Shown here one piece after another: positions 25,086 to 40,000 of a stretch of DNA of 64,000 nt. Position 1 is the stretch's first letter, and every line of letters starts with the position of its first letter. Source of the DNA: Antedon mediterranea (lineage: Eukaryota; Animalia; Echinodermata); assembly GCF_964355755.1 (NCBI RefSeq), contig NC_092673.1, positions 3,596,001 through 3,660,000 of the forward strand. The letters run 5' to 3'. Below the pieces are notes generated by a model. That model searched no databases and had not been told where the DNA came from. It was given only the letters and a program-made list of their open reading frames with translations. The position numbers were made by a program, and so were the translations under genes.

Positions 25086-26580
25086 GATAGTCTTGGTGAC
25101 ACAATGGCCGAAAACGTGTGGCACTAAAATAAGAGTTATAATAGGATTTGTTGAGAAAATGTTCCATAAAAAATAAAAAGAAAATGTTTAGTTTGCTTAG
25201 CCGTAAAGAATAATACAATGTGTTGCCCGGATGTTGAATAATCGTTCCACAAAGTAGCGTTAAGTTTGAGTTGAATAAATATGTTATAAATATCTAAAAA
25301 AAATGTTTTACTGCTGTTTGAATGTCTATTGACAAGATCAACGAAATATAGATATTAAAGTGGAAAATTACGTCATATTTTGTTTATAAATAAGGAATAG
25401 TGTTCATGGGTATTTAATATTTTCTTGTGCGAACGAACCTGTAAAAAGTTAGAGATAAGTTTGGTGGAGCCCGAGAGTGAAATGATCAACTAAAATATCA
25501 TTTCAGAGGTTTGTTTGTAAATAATAAACAATGTGTATATTTAGCAAGTTAAACAAAAGTAAATACGTTCAGTTCTAAAATATTATTTGTAGTGAAGAAA
25601 TGTATTTCTTTGAGTATAAAACATTATGGTATTATAGGCCTAATGTTTACAATTAAAGAAGATCATTAAAGTATTGATTCTAAATTATAGAAAAATTAAT
25701 TAGAAATATATTTTTGTTTGATTTTTCTTATCTTTTTCATTATGATATAAATAACATTATTATTGTAGAACAGGTTTCGTGTTTATTTTGTTATCATTTT
25801 GTTTATGCTAATTAAATTATTAACTAAAATGATAAACACAATTAGTGTGTAAAAATCGTTAAGTTGTCGATCTACTTTTAAAAAATAACAACATAACAGA
25901 AAATGTTATTTCTAGAGCCCTCAAGTGTTTGGACTGTTATCTATAAGTGATCAAGTGATATTGTTGATTAAGGCCGGTTTATTTTAAGAAATTGATTCGC
26001 ATATTGTTATAAGAAGAAAAACATAACCATGTTGTATTTATTTTATTTCTAAAATAAAATAATAAAGTATTGAGAAATTATAAATTATCTTTTCATTTGT
26101 CATTTTTGTAATGGATTGTTTATTTTTTTTAAACGAGGATGAGAATGATGATGAAATTGAGGATGAAAATAATGATAAAACGGTGTGTTATCTAACGAAA
26201 CTTATGATGAAACTATAATAATGAAATGATGTGTTATCTAAAACACAAGGATGATAAAAATGATGAAGTTATGATGAAATAGGCGTAAAGGGTTTACAAA
26301 TTCGAAGTCCACCAAAGTATATTTCAGTCTATTTTTCTTCAGTATTCCCCAAGTTAGCAATTATTGTGATTGAGTAAGATGATGATGATGATTTCATCAT
26401 TTCATTTCTGTTTTAATATTCTTCTTCTTTTTAAGTGTATGTAACCCATTTACACTCATTTGATACTGTAAATAGAAATTTATGTAAACTTGAAAACGTT
26501 GTTTTATTGATGGCAGCAAAAGGAATATAGAAATTGAGTAGAGATTTAAGCTAAACTTGTTTAACAACAAAAAATTTTAC

Positions 26581-26686
26581 GTGTCCAATTATGGTAGTGA
26601 TATACCCAAATATGGTAGTGATATGACATCATCATGTCCATATATGGGCACATTACTTTTGATAAATGATAGTGTAGACAGAGCTT
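26581..26686. mobile_element. MITE family A, partial copy
   Basis: ATGGTAGTGATAT x2, GACATCATCATGTCCATATATGGGCAC, TGATAGTGTAGACAGAGCT. Confidence 0.85.
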
Positions 26687-27586
26687 CAGACTAAAACAAT
26701 CCGTTGAAGAACCGTCCGAATACGACTCAAATTCTTATTCAACGAGTTTCTTGTTATATTATACAAAGGAGGCGCCCAAGTCAAAGCCGTTGTTTGATGA
26801 TTCAAAACTAACGACACGACAAACTGTTTAAATGATATGCAAATAATCTCGATAAGCAATATTATCATTATGATGATGAAGTTAAACTCATCATGAGATG
26901 AAGCCAATTACTGCAAATTATATGAATCCAAATATGTTACCGTGATTCAATCTTAACAAATTGCCAATTTATTTTCTTCTATCGTTCATTCTATAATATT
27001 TTGATAATTGCAATAAAAGATGAATCTCAATAATATCACCAACGGACAGAAATAAATCATGAATTAGTATCCTTCGTCTTCGTATAATTATCTTATCATC
27101 GGTCGATTTGTAATTTCTTGATTCCGTGTGCTGTATACATCTAAACCGTTTGACCTTTTTTTAATATCTTTTCTCTGCATCATATTTTATGTTATCAACA
27201 TATAAAAGAGGAAACCATTATGCATGGAATGTTTTACTGCTCGATAATTTTAAAATAATCTTCCTGTTTTATTTCTGAAAACGTAGAGGTATTCCACGAA
27301 TCGTAAATTAAACCCCGTACAGAGCACGACATAAAGTCGCTATTCTCCCTATAATACGTTAATATTCAAACACGAATAAACTGTAATGTCCTGTTAGTTA
27401 TATTTCATAACTGTAGAGAATGTTTTATCGCGGTAGCGGGGAATTTTAATCTCCTTCCGGAGGAGATATTATTGCACTAAGGGAAATAAATACTATAAGA
27501 AAACTTATGGAATGTAATTTGAATGGTTACAGGGAGTTTTACGATTTATCAAAATATTTGGTCATAGGCTTATTAAATATGCATCC

Positions 27587-27800
27587 AAACACTGATAATA
27601 ATGCTGTGATTTGTACGCGCGCGTTCAAACAATGATAATAATGTTGTAATTTGTACGCGCGCGTTCAAACAATGATAATAATGCTGTGATTTGTACGCGC
27701 GCGTTCAAAAAATGATAATAATGTTGTAATTTGTACGCGCGCGTTCAAACAATGATAATAATGCTGTGATTTGTACGCGCGCGTTCAAACCATGTTAATA
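27587..27800. repeat. 40-bp tandem repeat x5 (AATGATAATAATGYTGTRATTTGTACGCGCGCGTTCAAAC)
   Basis: GTACGC at 27613, 27653, 27693, 27733 and 27773; GCTGTGAT and GTTGTAAT variants alternate. Confidence 0.93.
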
Positions 27801-28971
27801 ATGATGCGACTAACCGATGCATGCGTCCAAATAATGATTACATTGTTAAAAATCATATACATTATACAATAAATAACTTTTTTTTCTCATTAGGATTTGG
27901 TTTCTTGTATTAAATTATATTAAATATTATTATTGTGCATTGATTTGAATATCATTACTAGATTTATACTACATAATTATTATTTATCATCAATTTATAC
28001 ATAATAACTATTACAATTTATTAACTAGACAATATTATTTTTGATTGGGTTATCATTTCTTTTGTAAGCTATTATTATTTTCTTGTTCACATTGAAATAG
28101 TTATCGAACAGCGATTCGAACCAATCCATTCGTTCAATGGTAACTATTCCCATTATAAATACGTTATCTTTTATTTGGCGCACATATTGTCTCCACGGCC
28201 CAAATTCAACGCGTTGATTGGTCGACCTTAGTTGCCTTTAAATTTTAGATTTAGTCTTACTATATTGCTTTTAATGTTCTTATGAAAGTCGTGTCGGATA
28301 AATAGCAGAGCTAGGCCTACTTTGTAATATCAACGTTGTCTCAAAACACAACAGTGGTTACTTTAACCAGCCAATGGGAATTAAAGTACTAGCATATGAA
28401 TATGCGTTTACTGCGCATCTCTCTTGTGCGTAATAGATACCTTAGTATCTTAGTGATCACTTATGACAAGGATTAGTTTAAGTTTTGTCAATAATTGATG
28501 TAATTAGCATTTCTATGAGTATTTATTCGTCCACAATGAGTTGTTAAATTAAGTCGTTAGTGCTGAATATACCACATGTGACAAGAATTATTATTAATCT
28601 CTATTGACCTTAATTCATTCTTTGCTTAATGATGCATCGAAAAATTAAATTGTTTCTTATGGTTTTAAATTTTGATTTTTGTATAGTTTTAATATCTTCG
28701 TTGATAAAATATTGTTTTATAATAACATATACCATAAGGACAATGATACGAAAAAGTGTAATGATTTTCTTATTTCTGATTAAAAAATGATTAAATAATC
28801 GTAACGCATGTTTAATAAAATTATCATAATGAATAGCTTAATAATTAGCCTAAATGTATGTATGTATAAATAAATATCACATTTCCAACGTAATTGTGCA
28901 AGTTATATCAAACGCATGTGCGTGCGTTGCGCACAAAAGACTCAACTCATCAACAGAAAAAAAACACGTAA

Positions 28972-29119
28972 AGCTCTGTCAAACTAATTGGACAAAAAAA
29001 GTGTGATGTACCCAAATAGTGTAGTAATATGCCCAAATATGGTAGTGATATGACATCATCATGTCCATATATGGTTAACATATTTTTGTCACATAAAGTT
29101 TGATAGTGTAGACAGGACT
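28972..29119. mobile_element. MITE family A copy
   Basis: AGCTCTGTC(deletion)AAACTA...GTCACATAAAGTTTGATAGTGTAGACAGGACT. Confidence 0.85.
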
Positions 29120-31054
29120 TTGCGCTTACACAACGTTCACAAACACTCGTGACATTTGTATACGTTACCAAACATCAGAGTTACGTTTGCACAACGCCAC
29201 CAAACGTAGACCTAAACGTTACGCTTGTATACCGCCACACAACGCCGTCGATACAGGTACCCGAGTGGTTAACTGCGCATACAAAAAAAATCATTTTCAT
29301 TTAACTGAAATATCAACCATGTTTTACCGTTTGTTATTCATACAGCTTATAAGTGTGTAATAAAAAAAGGATTATTACTATTATGTAAGTCTTTGTCACA
29401 CTGTTGTTGATATAAGATGTTCTCAAATCTTTAAATTAATTATCCTTTGAATAAGGAACGCGTTCAACGATTTAAATGATAACCATGATCAAAGCCATTA
29501 CGAGTTTGATTGTTAACGAAACCGTTATCTGTTAATACACGTGCATATTCCGATATTAATTGCTACTTGTAAAAAGCAAAACGGATGAAATAAATTGGTG
29601 CCAAGTGAGTCATAGGCAAAATGGAAAGCTATTTCATGGTCCGTTGATCTCATAAAAGTAGAATATCGAGAAAGACATCTTATTCAAAAATTGTCCGGGA
29701 GACAATTTACAACGATTTGAAGCGATTATACTTTAGTTAGTTTCTCATGCTACCAAAAACATGTTATTTAGTGGAATTCTCTTGAGCGCTATTAGCCAGA
29801 AGCCATAGCAAGTAACACTCGAATACGGCTCAATCCTTAGGCGTACTTCTACTAATTTCTTGCTCCTTAACGATCGAGAATGGTAATTTTAACATTTAAT
29901 TTCAATACGTATAACAATCTTCGAAGGGCTATCGATATCATAAAAAGACATGAATGTATTAAACGCAAGCACAGAATGTCGATCGGGGATCAGTATATAA
30001 GAACTCCGACGTCGCGTACAGAACCCACGGGGACTATACCGTAGTTATATCCCCAAACAGGTGCGCTAACTGAGTAATAGCAGAAAATTATCAATCTTCC
30101 AAATGGACTGACAAATCAAAGATTGTAAACGTTATATGAAGTAAAGCAAATCGCGTCATTCGCCGAATAGAAGCGAAGAGCGATAGAGCAATACGCGGTT
30201 CCATCATCGATGGAAATATCAAGTCTATGATGGTGAAATGGTCCCCGGGGTGACGTTCCGTCAGTTGCTTGTGACCCCTTTTAAGAGGCTATATTGATAT
30301 TAATGTTAATTACGTTTCATTCCTCGAATATTTCACAAGCAATATTAACAAAAGCTATATCGTAATTCAAGTCATGCTTACAGTAAATTGAAATCACTAA
30401 ATTCGTTTTATTCCAAATCGTTTTGCACTGATTTTCTTTCAGTATTCATCTTGTAAATAATAGTTATATTTATTTTATGGTTTGTTTTCTCTGGAGAAGT
30501 AAGTATTTGCACATTGTTATGATTTGTTACCATATAATTAGAATTTGTGGGCATTAGATGAAATCCCATATCGAAAAACTTTTACAGTTGTTGCAAGTAA
30601 TGGAATTAGGAATAAGTCGAATTATGTAGCCAGATTTTTCAATTTCAAATATAAAAAAAATAGATTTTTTTTTATGAATACTAATATTTATCTTATTTAA
30701 AATAGCTTAACAGCAATGTCGATTTTCAAATATAAAACAAATTGTAATTGAACATCATGAACAGTTAAATAAATTTAAATCGTAAAGCATTCAAATTTTA
30801 TTTAAAAAAAGTAGGCCTATATATGCAATTGTTTAAATTATTTTTAATATTAGGCCTATATTTTAATTCTAAACAGTTACTAATTACGTTTTGTTGTGTT
30901 CGTCAACAAAAATAAAATTGTACTAATCGTGAGAATCATCATATTTATTTTTTTTTTAGTTAAAATTTTATAAATAGTACGTCATATTAATTAAATCAAA
31001 TGTTTGACTTTTATCGAATTCATTTATATCAAATTAAAATTTATTTGTGAATAA

Positions 31055-31171
31055 AGCTCTTTCTACAAGTGTGATGTTCCCAAATATGGTAGTGATTTGA
31101 CATCATCATGTCTAAATATGGGCACATCACGTTTTTTTTGTTACATAAAGTTTGATAGTGTAGACAGAGCT
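31055..31171. mobile_element. MITE family A copy
   Basis: TAA-AGCTCTTTCTACA...AAAGTTTGATAGTGTAGACAGAGCT-TTA. Confidence 0.85.
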
Positions 31172-31753
31172 TTAGATATTAGATACAAAATAAAAAGGTC
31201 GAATCGATTATTCCTACTGAACTATAAATATAAAAGATATTGATTGAAGTAAGAAGTACCGGCAAGGAACTGAGACATAATGGAGACACACTTTTCTTTT
31301 TCCCCCATTGGATTTATGTGTTTTTTGTATAGCGCCGCCAGTAAATACACTTTGTGCAGTACTGAGCGCTATAATATTAATTTAATATGGAATTTAATAC
31401 ATAACATTAAATAAGGCATACTTATCAAAAATGTTGTTTATCGTTTTAACACAGATTTAAAACGAATAATGTTACGTTGTTTAAAATCTTGCATTAGGAA
31501 TATCGCAGTGAGATGTCGACATTTAGTTAAAGTTATTTCAAAAATAGTTGCTTTGGATTTAAACCTCATTGATTGAAACGGTTTCCAAATATTTGGTTAA
31601 GTAAATGTATTAAATGATCACGTATTATCTAGCTATCCATAACAGCGTGTTTATAACTCATTTTAAATCGACGTGCCATTCTTTAAATATGTTTGTCTGA
31701 AATGGAATATTAAAAAAAAGCGAAACGAATTTGATTTAAAGTTTGGATATTAA

Positions 31754-31906
31754 AGCTCTGTCTACACTATCAAACTTTATGAAAAAATGTGATGGTGCCC
31801 ATATATGGTCGAGGATGTCATATCACTTATACCATATTTAGGCATATCACTACGATATTTAAGCATATCACTACCATTAGACTACTGTACTACTGTAGAC
31901 AGAGCT
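31754..31906. mobile_element. MITE family A copy (opposite orientation)
   Basis: TAA-AGCTCTGTCTACACTATCAAACTTTATG...TGTAGACAGAGCT-TTA, with three internal ATATCACTAC units. Confidence 0.85.
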
Positions 31907-32140
31907 TTACTCGATTCTCTGTACTGTATCTCCACATATGATATTATGTGTCCAGTATCATAGGCAAATACAGTAATACAGTGTCTGTGGTAAGAAGCTA
32001 TGATACAGGCCTTCTGATCCATTTTTTAAAAATCATTTATTTCATACAGTCTAAACAACAGCAATTAACTCGTCAATTACACGATCTAATATCGCATGTC
32101 TCACTTTCAAACTGTACAGGATCCAATATCGCATGAAACT

Positions 32141-32250
32141 GTGTGGCCAATGGTAGTGATGCTCAAATATGGTGGTGAAATGACATCACCATTTCCATAT
32201 ATGGACACACCAAATTAGTTTGTCACATAAAGTTTGATAGTGTAGACAGA
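32141..32250. mobile_element. MITE family A, partial copy
   Basis: ATGGTAGTGAT...TTTGTCACATAAAGTTTGATAGTGTAGACAGA. Confidence 0.8.
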
Positions 32251-35200
32251 AGTTTGAGAGACTTGGAAATAGGTCAAAGAATATTTAGTCTTTATTTTGT
32301 TCGTTTTACTTCCAAAAAAAAAAAGTACAAGAAACAACAAAATGAACGTAGCATCATTCAACGTTAATTGAAGAACATCTATTTCAACAAAAATCAAGAT
32401 ATGTCATCTAAATGATAATTACGTATAATAGTGAATGCCTGTGATTATTACTTGCATTATAAAAATGCGAAATGATTTGTTTAAAGTTAATTTTTCATCT
32501 CATCTTTACATGCAATTTATGTAACTCAGTTGATGGCAATAAACGGTATAATGGCCATGACAATGCGATGAGTGATAATGACCATAACAACACGAGCGCG
32601 CAATTAAATCGGCGGATAATTGAAGGGGTCATCCAATGGCCGTGTATTCTAACATCGTCAAATAGATACTCCTTATTTATTTAACAGCATAATGGCAAAG
32701 ACAATATTAAGTAATGTGTACGTTAAAGGGGCTCTCCGGAGACGATTTGTATTAATTAATAATAATAATTAAAGATGTATTATCAGCAAAACCATGAAAA
32801 ATAAAGAGTTATAAAATCAGATTTGAATAAGCAATTTTGTAGTTTTAATGAAGTTAAACGAATATAAACAATTGATTTTAGAGTATAGCGCTAAACATCA
32901 GACTTACTTAATTTCTACGAATTGGTTTATTCTTTATTTGATTTCAGTGTGTATTTCTAAATTTTTGTTCAGAAGTGTCAAAATTAAATGGTGTTTAGGC
33001 CTAAGTTAAATAGACAAATTCATAAATCATTCATTATACGAAATTCGGTATTAAATCTGGAATGTCAAACAAATAGTAGTTTGCCTTTTAAAACTAATTA
33101 TATAGTTTTCAATTTAATGTCTATTTTTAAATATTCGTTATGTAACTCATAATAGAAAACGCCACCACTCGACCAGATATATCGAATGTGCTTTGTAATT
33201 ATTTTATTTATTCTACTCACTAGCAATTCACAAACAGGACTGAGAATAAAAAGAAAACATCTCTCGACATTTCCCTCTTCTGTTTAAATATCAGCTTTAT
33301 CGAAAGTCATACATTATTGATTATAGGCCTATTCTATCATTTAAACTCACGGATGAAAGTCATATAAATCCACATGCGCATTCAATAAACAAAAAATGAA
33401 TCGTATAACTTAATTGCCTTGCTTAGAATAATCGGATATTATTATATAAAACTATATTTTTATCTTATCGCTATAATATACGGCAATCAATCCCGTTGAC
33501 CAAAAATATCAATAAAGTTAACCATGAAATCTTCAATAATAAAATACATAATGTAAAGGAATCATTTTGTTTTCAAAAAGCGAAATTGTATAACATGTCC
33601 TAGTTTTTAATACAGATGTCATTTTTAAAAGTTGGTTTTAAATGCCAAAGAATGGTTATTAAATCAAATTCCAATGTTTGTAAAACGAGTAATGTATAAT
33701 TGTATATATACACGAGTACAAAGTGTGTCCAAAATAAGACTGTATTGTATAAGATTGTATTTATTATTTAAATAGGCCTAAAATGCATAATATAAATATA
33801 TTTCGTTGTCTATTTGTATATAAAAAATATTTATCTATGTTGCAACTTTACTCGAAAAAGCCTATGCGAATACGTTGGCGATAACTATAACTAATATATT
33901 TGGTAGTGACGTCACAAGACACAAAGTTGACGCGCGCGTGCCATTTTTATCAATCTTTGCACACGCGCGCCTAATGTTTGCTATGATATGAAGAAATACC
34001 AAGAGATGTATAACAGATAGAAAGAATTGACACATACAGACAAACGTTCTCTCTACTTACAAACAACATTACCAATTTAAAACTTGATTTAAATTGCCAA
34101 GAGGTTATGAGTGCAACCTGAATTAAAAGAAGTGATTATAACTTCGCACATACTAAACCATGCTTGCATTTTAAGCTAAAAAGTAAAGTTTTAGTAACGA
34201 GAAAAATCACCGCTTCGCCAAAATGATTATTTACATTATAACCACTATTGTGACTATTAAAGAATGTTCCTTTAATATCGGTTACTGTTACTGAATGAGG
34301 CACAGGAGAACAACGAAAATGAGTGTATTTTACTGGCGGCGGTGGCGTTCAATCAGCGTGTGTACAGATTGTGAATGATTCCATGAAATTCTTATTATTC
34401 AACAAATATTATTGAATGCGATAGGCATAATGAATATCAATATGTCAATAAAGGATAATCGCTAGCGTTTATGGATTTCTTACTTTACAACTTGATAGAT
34501 ATCATTATTTAGAATATTTTATATTATAATTTCAGTACAAAAATTACTGTGATTATATCTTATAGACTTTGGAAAAGTTTACCATAAAAATTACAAATGA
34601 CTAAAACCTTGGCATTTCATTTGTTCGTTTGTTTAAGCGTCATATTTATTTATCTGTACTTGCTTCTAGACTCCCTCTCTTAATGATTTGTACGATTTTA
34701 GTTAAGAAACACATTTTTTTCATTTAAAAAAACGCCGTATAAAAGAAACCTGTATATCGGATCAATTTGGATAGATAAACTAAAAAATAAGTTGAAAAAA
34801 AAAACGTTTGAATAAAACAAAAGTAGTTACAGCCATCATGATCGCACAAAGAAGTGAAGTTGAAGTTCAACAAAAACACGTTTATAATCTTTCGCTGTCA
34901 AGTGCACAAACTATGTATTTTTTTATTAAAATTTAATCATCGAATATTCTAATTGAACGGAAATAGTATTATATTTATCTTTACATATCTCTGCTCTTTG
35001 CACTCAAAGGTTTAGTGCGCGACATTTCGTCCGCAATATTTCATAAATAATTGCCGCCATTTTCGACTATTATTTCTTGCGCTTGGATTTTTATTCTATA
35101 TACGCCACCCTTTTAATATACGAAATGAAACGAAAACCTTTTAAAATAGTAAGCCAAAACACTAAAGAGATATATTTCTTGTGCGTAAATACTATCATAA

Positions 35201-35975
35201 CTCATATAAATATCTCCAACATACTCTGCAAGGATTATATAGGCTGTGATTCTCTACAGTAAACATTCTGCAAGATAAACAATGAATATGCCGTGTGGTG
35301 CTGCTTGAGACATTATATCGCGCTTAAGTCTGAATGCTATATATATAATATTGTTTGTGTTTTATGAGTTTGTAACCTTATAACTCTTTTTCTTTGTTTT
35401 TTTACATCATAGAATGGAAACAACACTACCGACATCTTTGAAACAAAGTTACACAAAGAAAAAATATAAGTAGAAATATAAATTCTATCAGAAATGGAAA
35501 ATGGAAAAGTATACCAACAATAGGATGAAAATGATAATATGCAATTGAGACAAGAAATTAGATATTGGTAAATAAAAAGTACAACAATATTTCATATCGT
35601 AAACAGTTCATCTTCTCTTGCTATATTTTTTTATAACAACAACTGAATTATTTTTTTTCTTCTTTTAAATAGGTCTACTGTTTTTCCAAGACAAATGCAT
35701 CGTATTTTGTTTTTTTTTTGTGCCTACAACGAATATAGGTCTGTAGCTATTAAAAGTTGAATGCAAAATATAATTCATTTTTATGAAATAATTACAGTTA
35801 TTCGTGATAGTCGTTGGAATGAGGATAATTCATTACTCATTTCCATCACAAAACTCGAATGCTTTTTCTTAAAATATAATTGTATAAAAGTCAATAAATC
35901 ATTGACATAGAATTACAGGGCAATATGTATTGACGAGTTAATTATAGAGAATGGTGAATGGCATAAGAGGTATAA

Positions 35976-36122
35976 AGCTCTGTCTACACTATCAAACTAA
36001 TTTTACAAAACAAATGTGATAAGCTCAAATATAGTAGTGATATACACAAATATGACAGTTCTATGGCGTCATCATATCCATGGGCACATCAAAGTTTTTT
36101 TTCATATAGTGGTAGACATAGC
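35976..36122. mobile_element. MITE family A, decayed copy
   Basis: TAA-AGCTCTGTCTACACTATCAAACTA...GGGCACATCA...GTAGACATAGC. Confidence 0.8.
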
Positions 36123-36718
36123 GTGAGGTATAAGCTTAGAATAAGTTTAACCAATACGAAGTATTTTGAGTTTTTGCTAACTTAACAACATCGTGTCCAA
36201 AAAAACTTTCTCCACTCAATCATTGAATCAACCATTTTGCTACAATGATTAGTGTTACCAATTGAATGTTCCAATCTTCAAAACCTCTATAAATAATGTT
36301 GTGTGTGGTCGACGAAAATGTTGGGTTATTTTAACATCTAATAAACAGACTTTCTCCTTTTGATCATCACCATCCATCGAATCAACCATACCTTTATCAG
36401 GAAAATGACAGTGGCATTCGTGTGTACCGGTTCATCCAAGACGAATACAAGAAATTATGTTAAAATCTGGAATTATTGTTGTATCATTATCGCTTTTGAT
36501 TGCCTTTGGTTGATCCTAACTTCACACCAAAACTTCAAACCACATATAAATAATGTTTGTATGATGGCATTGGAATATAGAGTTGTGTTTACGACGGTAG
36601 CACACCAATGACACTGCACCACAAATGATGGATCAGAAGTGCTTTATAAATCCTGTATGCATCTTTTATATGCTTTTCCCATTTACATCAGTATTATTAT
36701 TTAGTTGGTATACTTCTT

Positions 36719-37055
36719 CAAACTTTCAATCTATTAATCTAACTTGCTGTAACATTGTTAACTTATATCATTTTTGTATGTTTTTATTTTCCCTTATATC
36801 CTACTTACTTTATCTCAAGTTCTAAAATGTTCTGAAACGTGTAGAAAGTTGATTATAAATTGATTTTTAGCATTTTTAACTTTAAAAGCGCACGTACGCG
36901 CGAAAATACCAATGTTCAAAATGTTGCTCATGATATAGGAAGATGACCCTTGACATGTAGCATACGTGTGTCCAACTTTCAATCTATTAATCTAACTTGC
37001 TGTAATATTTTAAACTTACATTATTCCTTATTTTTACTTTAGCCTACTTACTTTA
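36719..37055. repeat. Local direct duplication (about 90 bp, about 253 bp apart)
   Basis: AACTTTCAATCTATTAATCTAACTTGCTGTAAYATT..AACTTA..CCTACTTACTTTAT at about 36721 and about 36974. Confidence 0.75.
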
Positions 37056-40000
37056 TGTAAAAGTTTATGCAAGTACTACATCTAAATTACTTTTATTGCT
37101 GCCATTATTATTATTTATTATTTATCTTAGTCTGGACGACAATCAATAACGTTATTTTTATCATTGATAAATGATATCATGTGGCGTTATAAGCATTACC
37201 CAAGGAAGAAGCATCGTTTATAAAAACCACGCCGGCTTTTAACACAAGCCTATTAAAACAAACTTAGTACTTGGCGCGAAATGAAAGAGAAAGAACCGCG
37301 AAAAAAATCACTCAAGAGAAATGTTGGCGCCACCTTTGAGATACAACGCAACCCAGTTTTGTGCATCTTCATGTTATTATTCTTTTCATGTACAATACCC
37401 GCTCGTCCCCTAAAGCTACAGATTCACGGAAGCATTATTAGCGGTATGATTTTATTTATGATGAAATTAATGTGTTTTACCCTCATAATTTTTTTATTGT
37501 TAAATAGTTTTTGACAAGCAATGTTTTACATTATGATTTATAGCTTTTAATCGATTGGGTTATTTGATATTGATTTATATTGATTGATTTGTATTGATGA
37601 TTGTAAAATTCGCGCTTAGAAAACTAATCCAAATGAAACAATAATGATAAACATAATACATACATTATCATAATGGACCGGAGTAAGTACCTAAACATTT
37701 TGTTTCGAAATAATTTTTAATTTAATATAAATAGGTCTACATTTTTTTTATATCACATTTACAAATTTGTCATGAATTTGTTGTTTATAAAATATTCGAT
37801 TCGGAAGGTTTTAAAAAGATCCGTTTTGAAACAACTTTACGACATAAGAACGTCGACCATTATTTACGATAGGAGACGCAAGTAAATGTATTTATTATCC
37901 CAATTTTACATATAATTATCCATAGACGTTTATTGTTTTATATTATTATTTATGATATCATATAAAATACATTAAAACCCCTCTGTCGATAATAGGTTAC
38001 ATAAATAATATCGCCATTCCTTTGTATATCGAGGAAATTGTTAAAAAATTATATTTTTAGACAAAGGAAATTAATAGTGATACGATTAAATACGATTCAT
38101 TTTATTATCGATATTAAATTAAGATATTGTTTAAAGATTGTAGAGAACGTATAATAATCCCACGCAATAGTATCTTTTGGAAATGCGATTTATAGTTAAA
38201 TACGGTACACATTTTGTCACAATTTAATAAGTTGAATTGAATTTATTAAAATGAATGTTTATTATCTAATTACTAAATTTGCACATTAACTAACTTAGCA
38301 ATAATTAATATCATTTATTTGAATTTTAAAAATTGATTAAAACTAAAAAAATGGCCCATGATGACCTTGTAATTGTAGTTTTAAATAATTTGTCGATCTT
38401 ATAACAACTAAAGATTGGTTGAATAACAACAAAAAATATAAATCGGCGCATGTTCTTTTCTATATTATTATTAAGGCATTATCAGAGCTTATTCATGAAT
38501 TCCATATTTAGAATAAAAAAATTAGATTTAAAAAACACGATTCATGCTTTCATGATGTGAACGAAATATTGGGATGTATTTTATTAGCTGATTATTAATA
38601 TGCATAATGTTCATATAGAATGAAAATATATAACCAAACTACAGTTATATAGTTAACCTCTCCGTTCATGTCTAATCGAGCTTATCAATTGCCGGAGGAG
38701 GCACGGCGCGGAATATGGTGCATATTTATTACTAATACAAAATTTAATTTTCTTAAATTAATAATGATATCAATAAAACGCTTCTTCAATTATATATTGA
38801 TTCTTAAAATATTAATTTATAATATTAAAATATTATACAAAATCAGAGTATAATCACTGTGAAAAAGAGAATACCAATTATTGAAAATAAAAATGAATAT
38901 ATCATTGATATTGTCGATATCGTCAACTACAGCATTAAATAGACGCAAACGTTGACACGCGCGTATATATTGATAATTATATCACGCTGTAGTGGATAAA
39001 TAGTAATAATTACATTTGGGACGGGAAGTGTAATACCAATACATACATTTCCAATAATGTACACTCATAAAAACTTGAGTAAGGAATTGAGTAATATTAA
39101 AAATACCATAATCAGTTAGTACTATGTTGTGTCTTGAAGGAGGTGTACAATGTACCACCAAAAACCAAATTAGGTTCATGTAGGCCTATACGAATAACAA
39201 GAAGAGTAACCCTTCGGGCCTTAACAGTACAGGGGTAAAGCCGTTAAAAGTGCACCAGCCTCTGGTGCTGTCATTATCGAGGCTAAATGTAACTCGGGCT
39301 AGACCTGATGATAACTTGATGAAAGAACCTGTAATCAAAAGATTAAAATGCTTTAAAACGCTATACGATGAAACTGAAGTATTTTAATTGTGGACTTATT
39401 TATGAAGCAGTAGTTATTAACAAAAGTTTTATTAGAAAAACACGAATGATTTCGACAGGTGAAATCGAAAGCACTTGGTGTTGTTAACAGGCCTGACCCT
39501 GTGGCCAACAGTTTCCGAATTAATTTGATAAGGGGTAATGTTTTAATTCTCACTGTATGCCGAATTCGGTTACAGAATCGTTCAACATTAATTTATTACT
39601 GTATAAGAGAGGGCATAGCTTTGATTAATAAATAGAATAGCGCCCTCTATATATATGTAATGAAGTTAAGTTTTGAGAGGGGTTGAATAATGCCATTAGA
39701 ATAACGATTTCGAAGTAGGCCTGCGTTATAAACCAAATGTTTTTTATTATCTAATACATGAAGTGTATTATTATACATTTTGGTAAGAATTTTAAAAATT
39801 ATGGTATTTAGTCATATGGGATGCGTCACATAATGATGACGATGACTTTCTAACTAATATCTTTGGTGATGGGTGTGATGATGTGAGGGCCTGTTATGTG
39901 ATGTGAGTGGTAAGATGAAATATAAATTGATATATTCTTTCTTGACTTAACTATGATAATGGGGGTTTGTGATGTAAGTTCCCTTATTCTCGTTACTTCT

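Noticed and set aside
29255-29272. GGTACCCGAGTGG-TTAA as a piggyBac-like terminus
   Set aside because: No matching opposite end found by eye; too short to support.
39300-39330. CTGATGA...GAAA hammerhead-like core (also 13480-13500 minus strand and 22423)
   Set aside because: No pairable stem II with a correctly placed GAAA, and no stems I/III.
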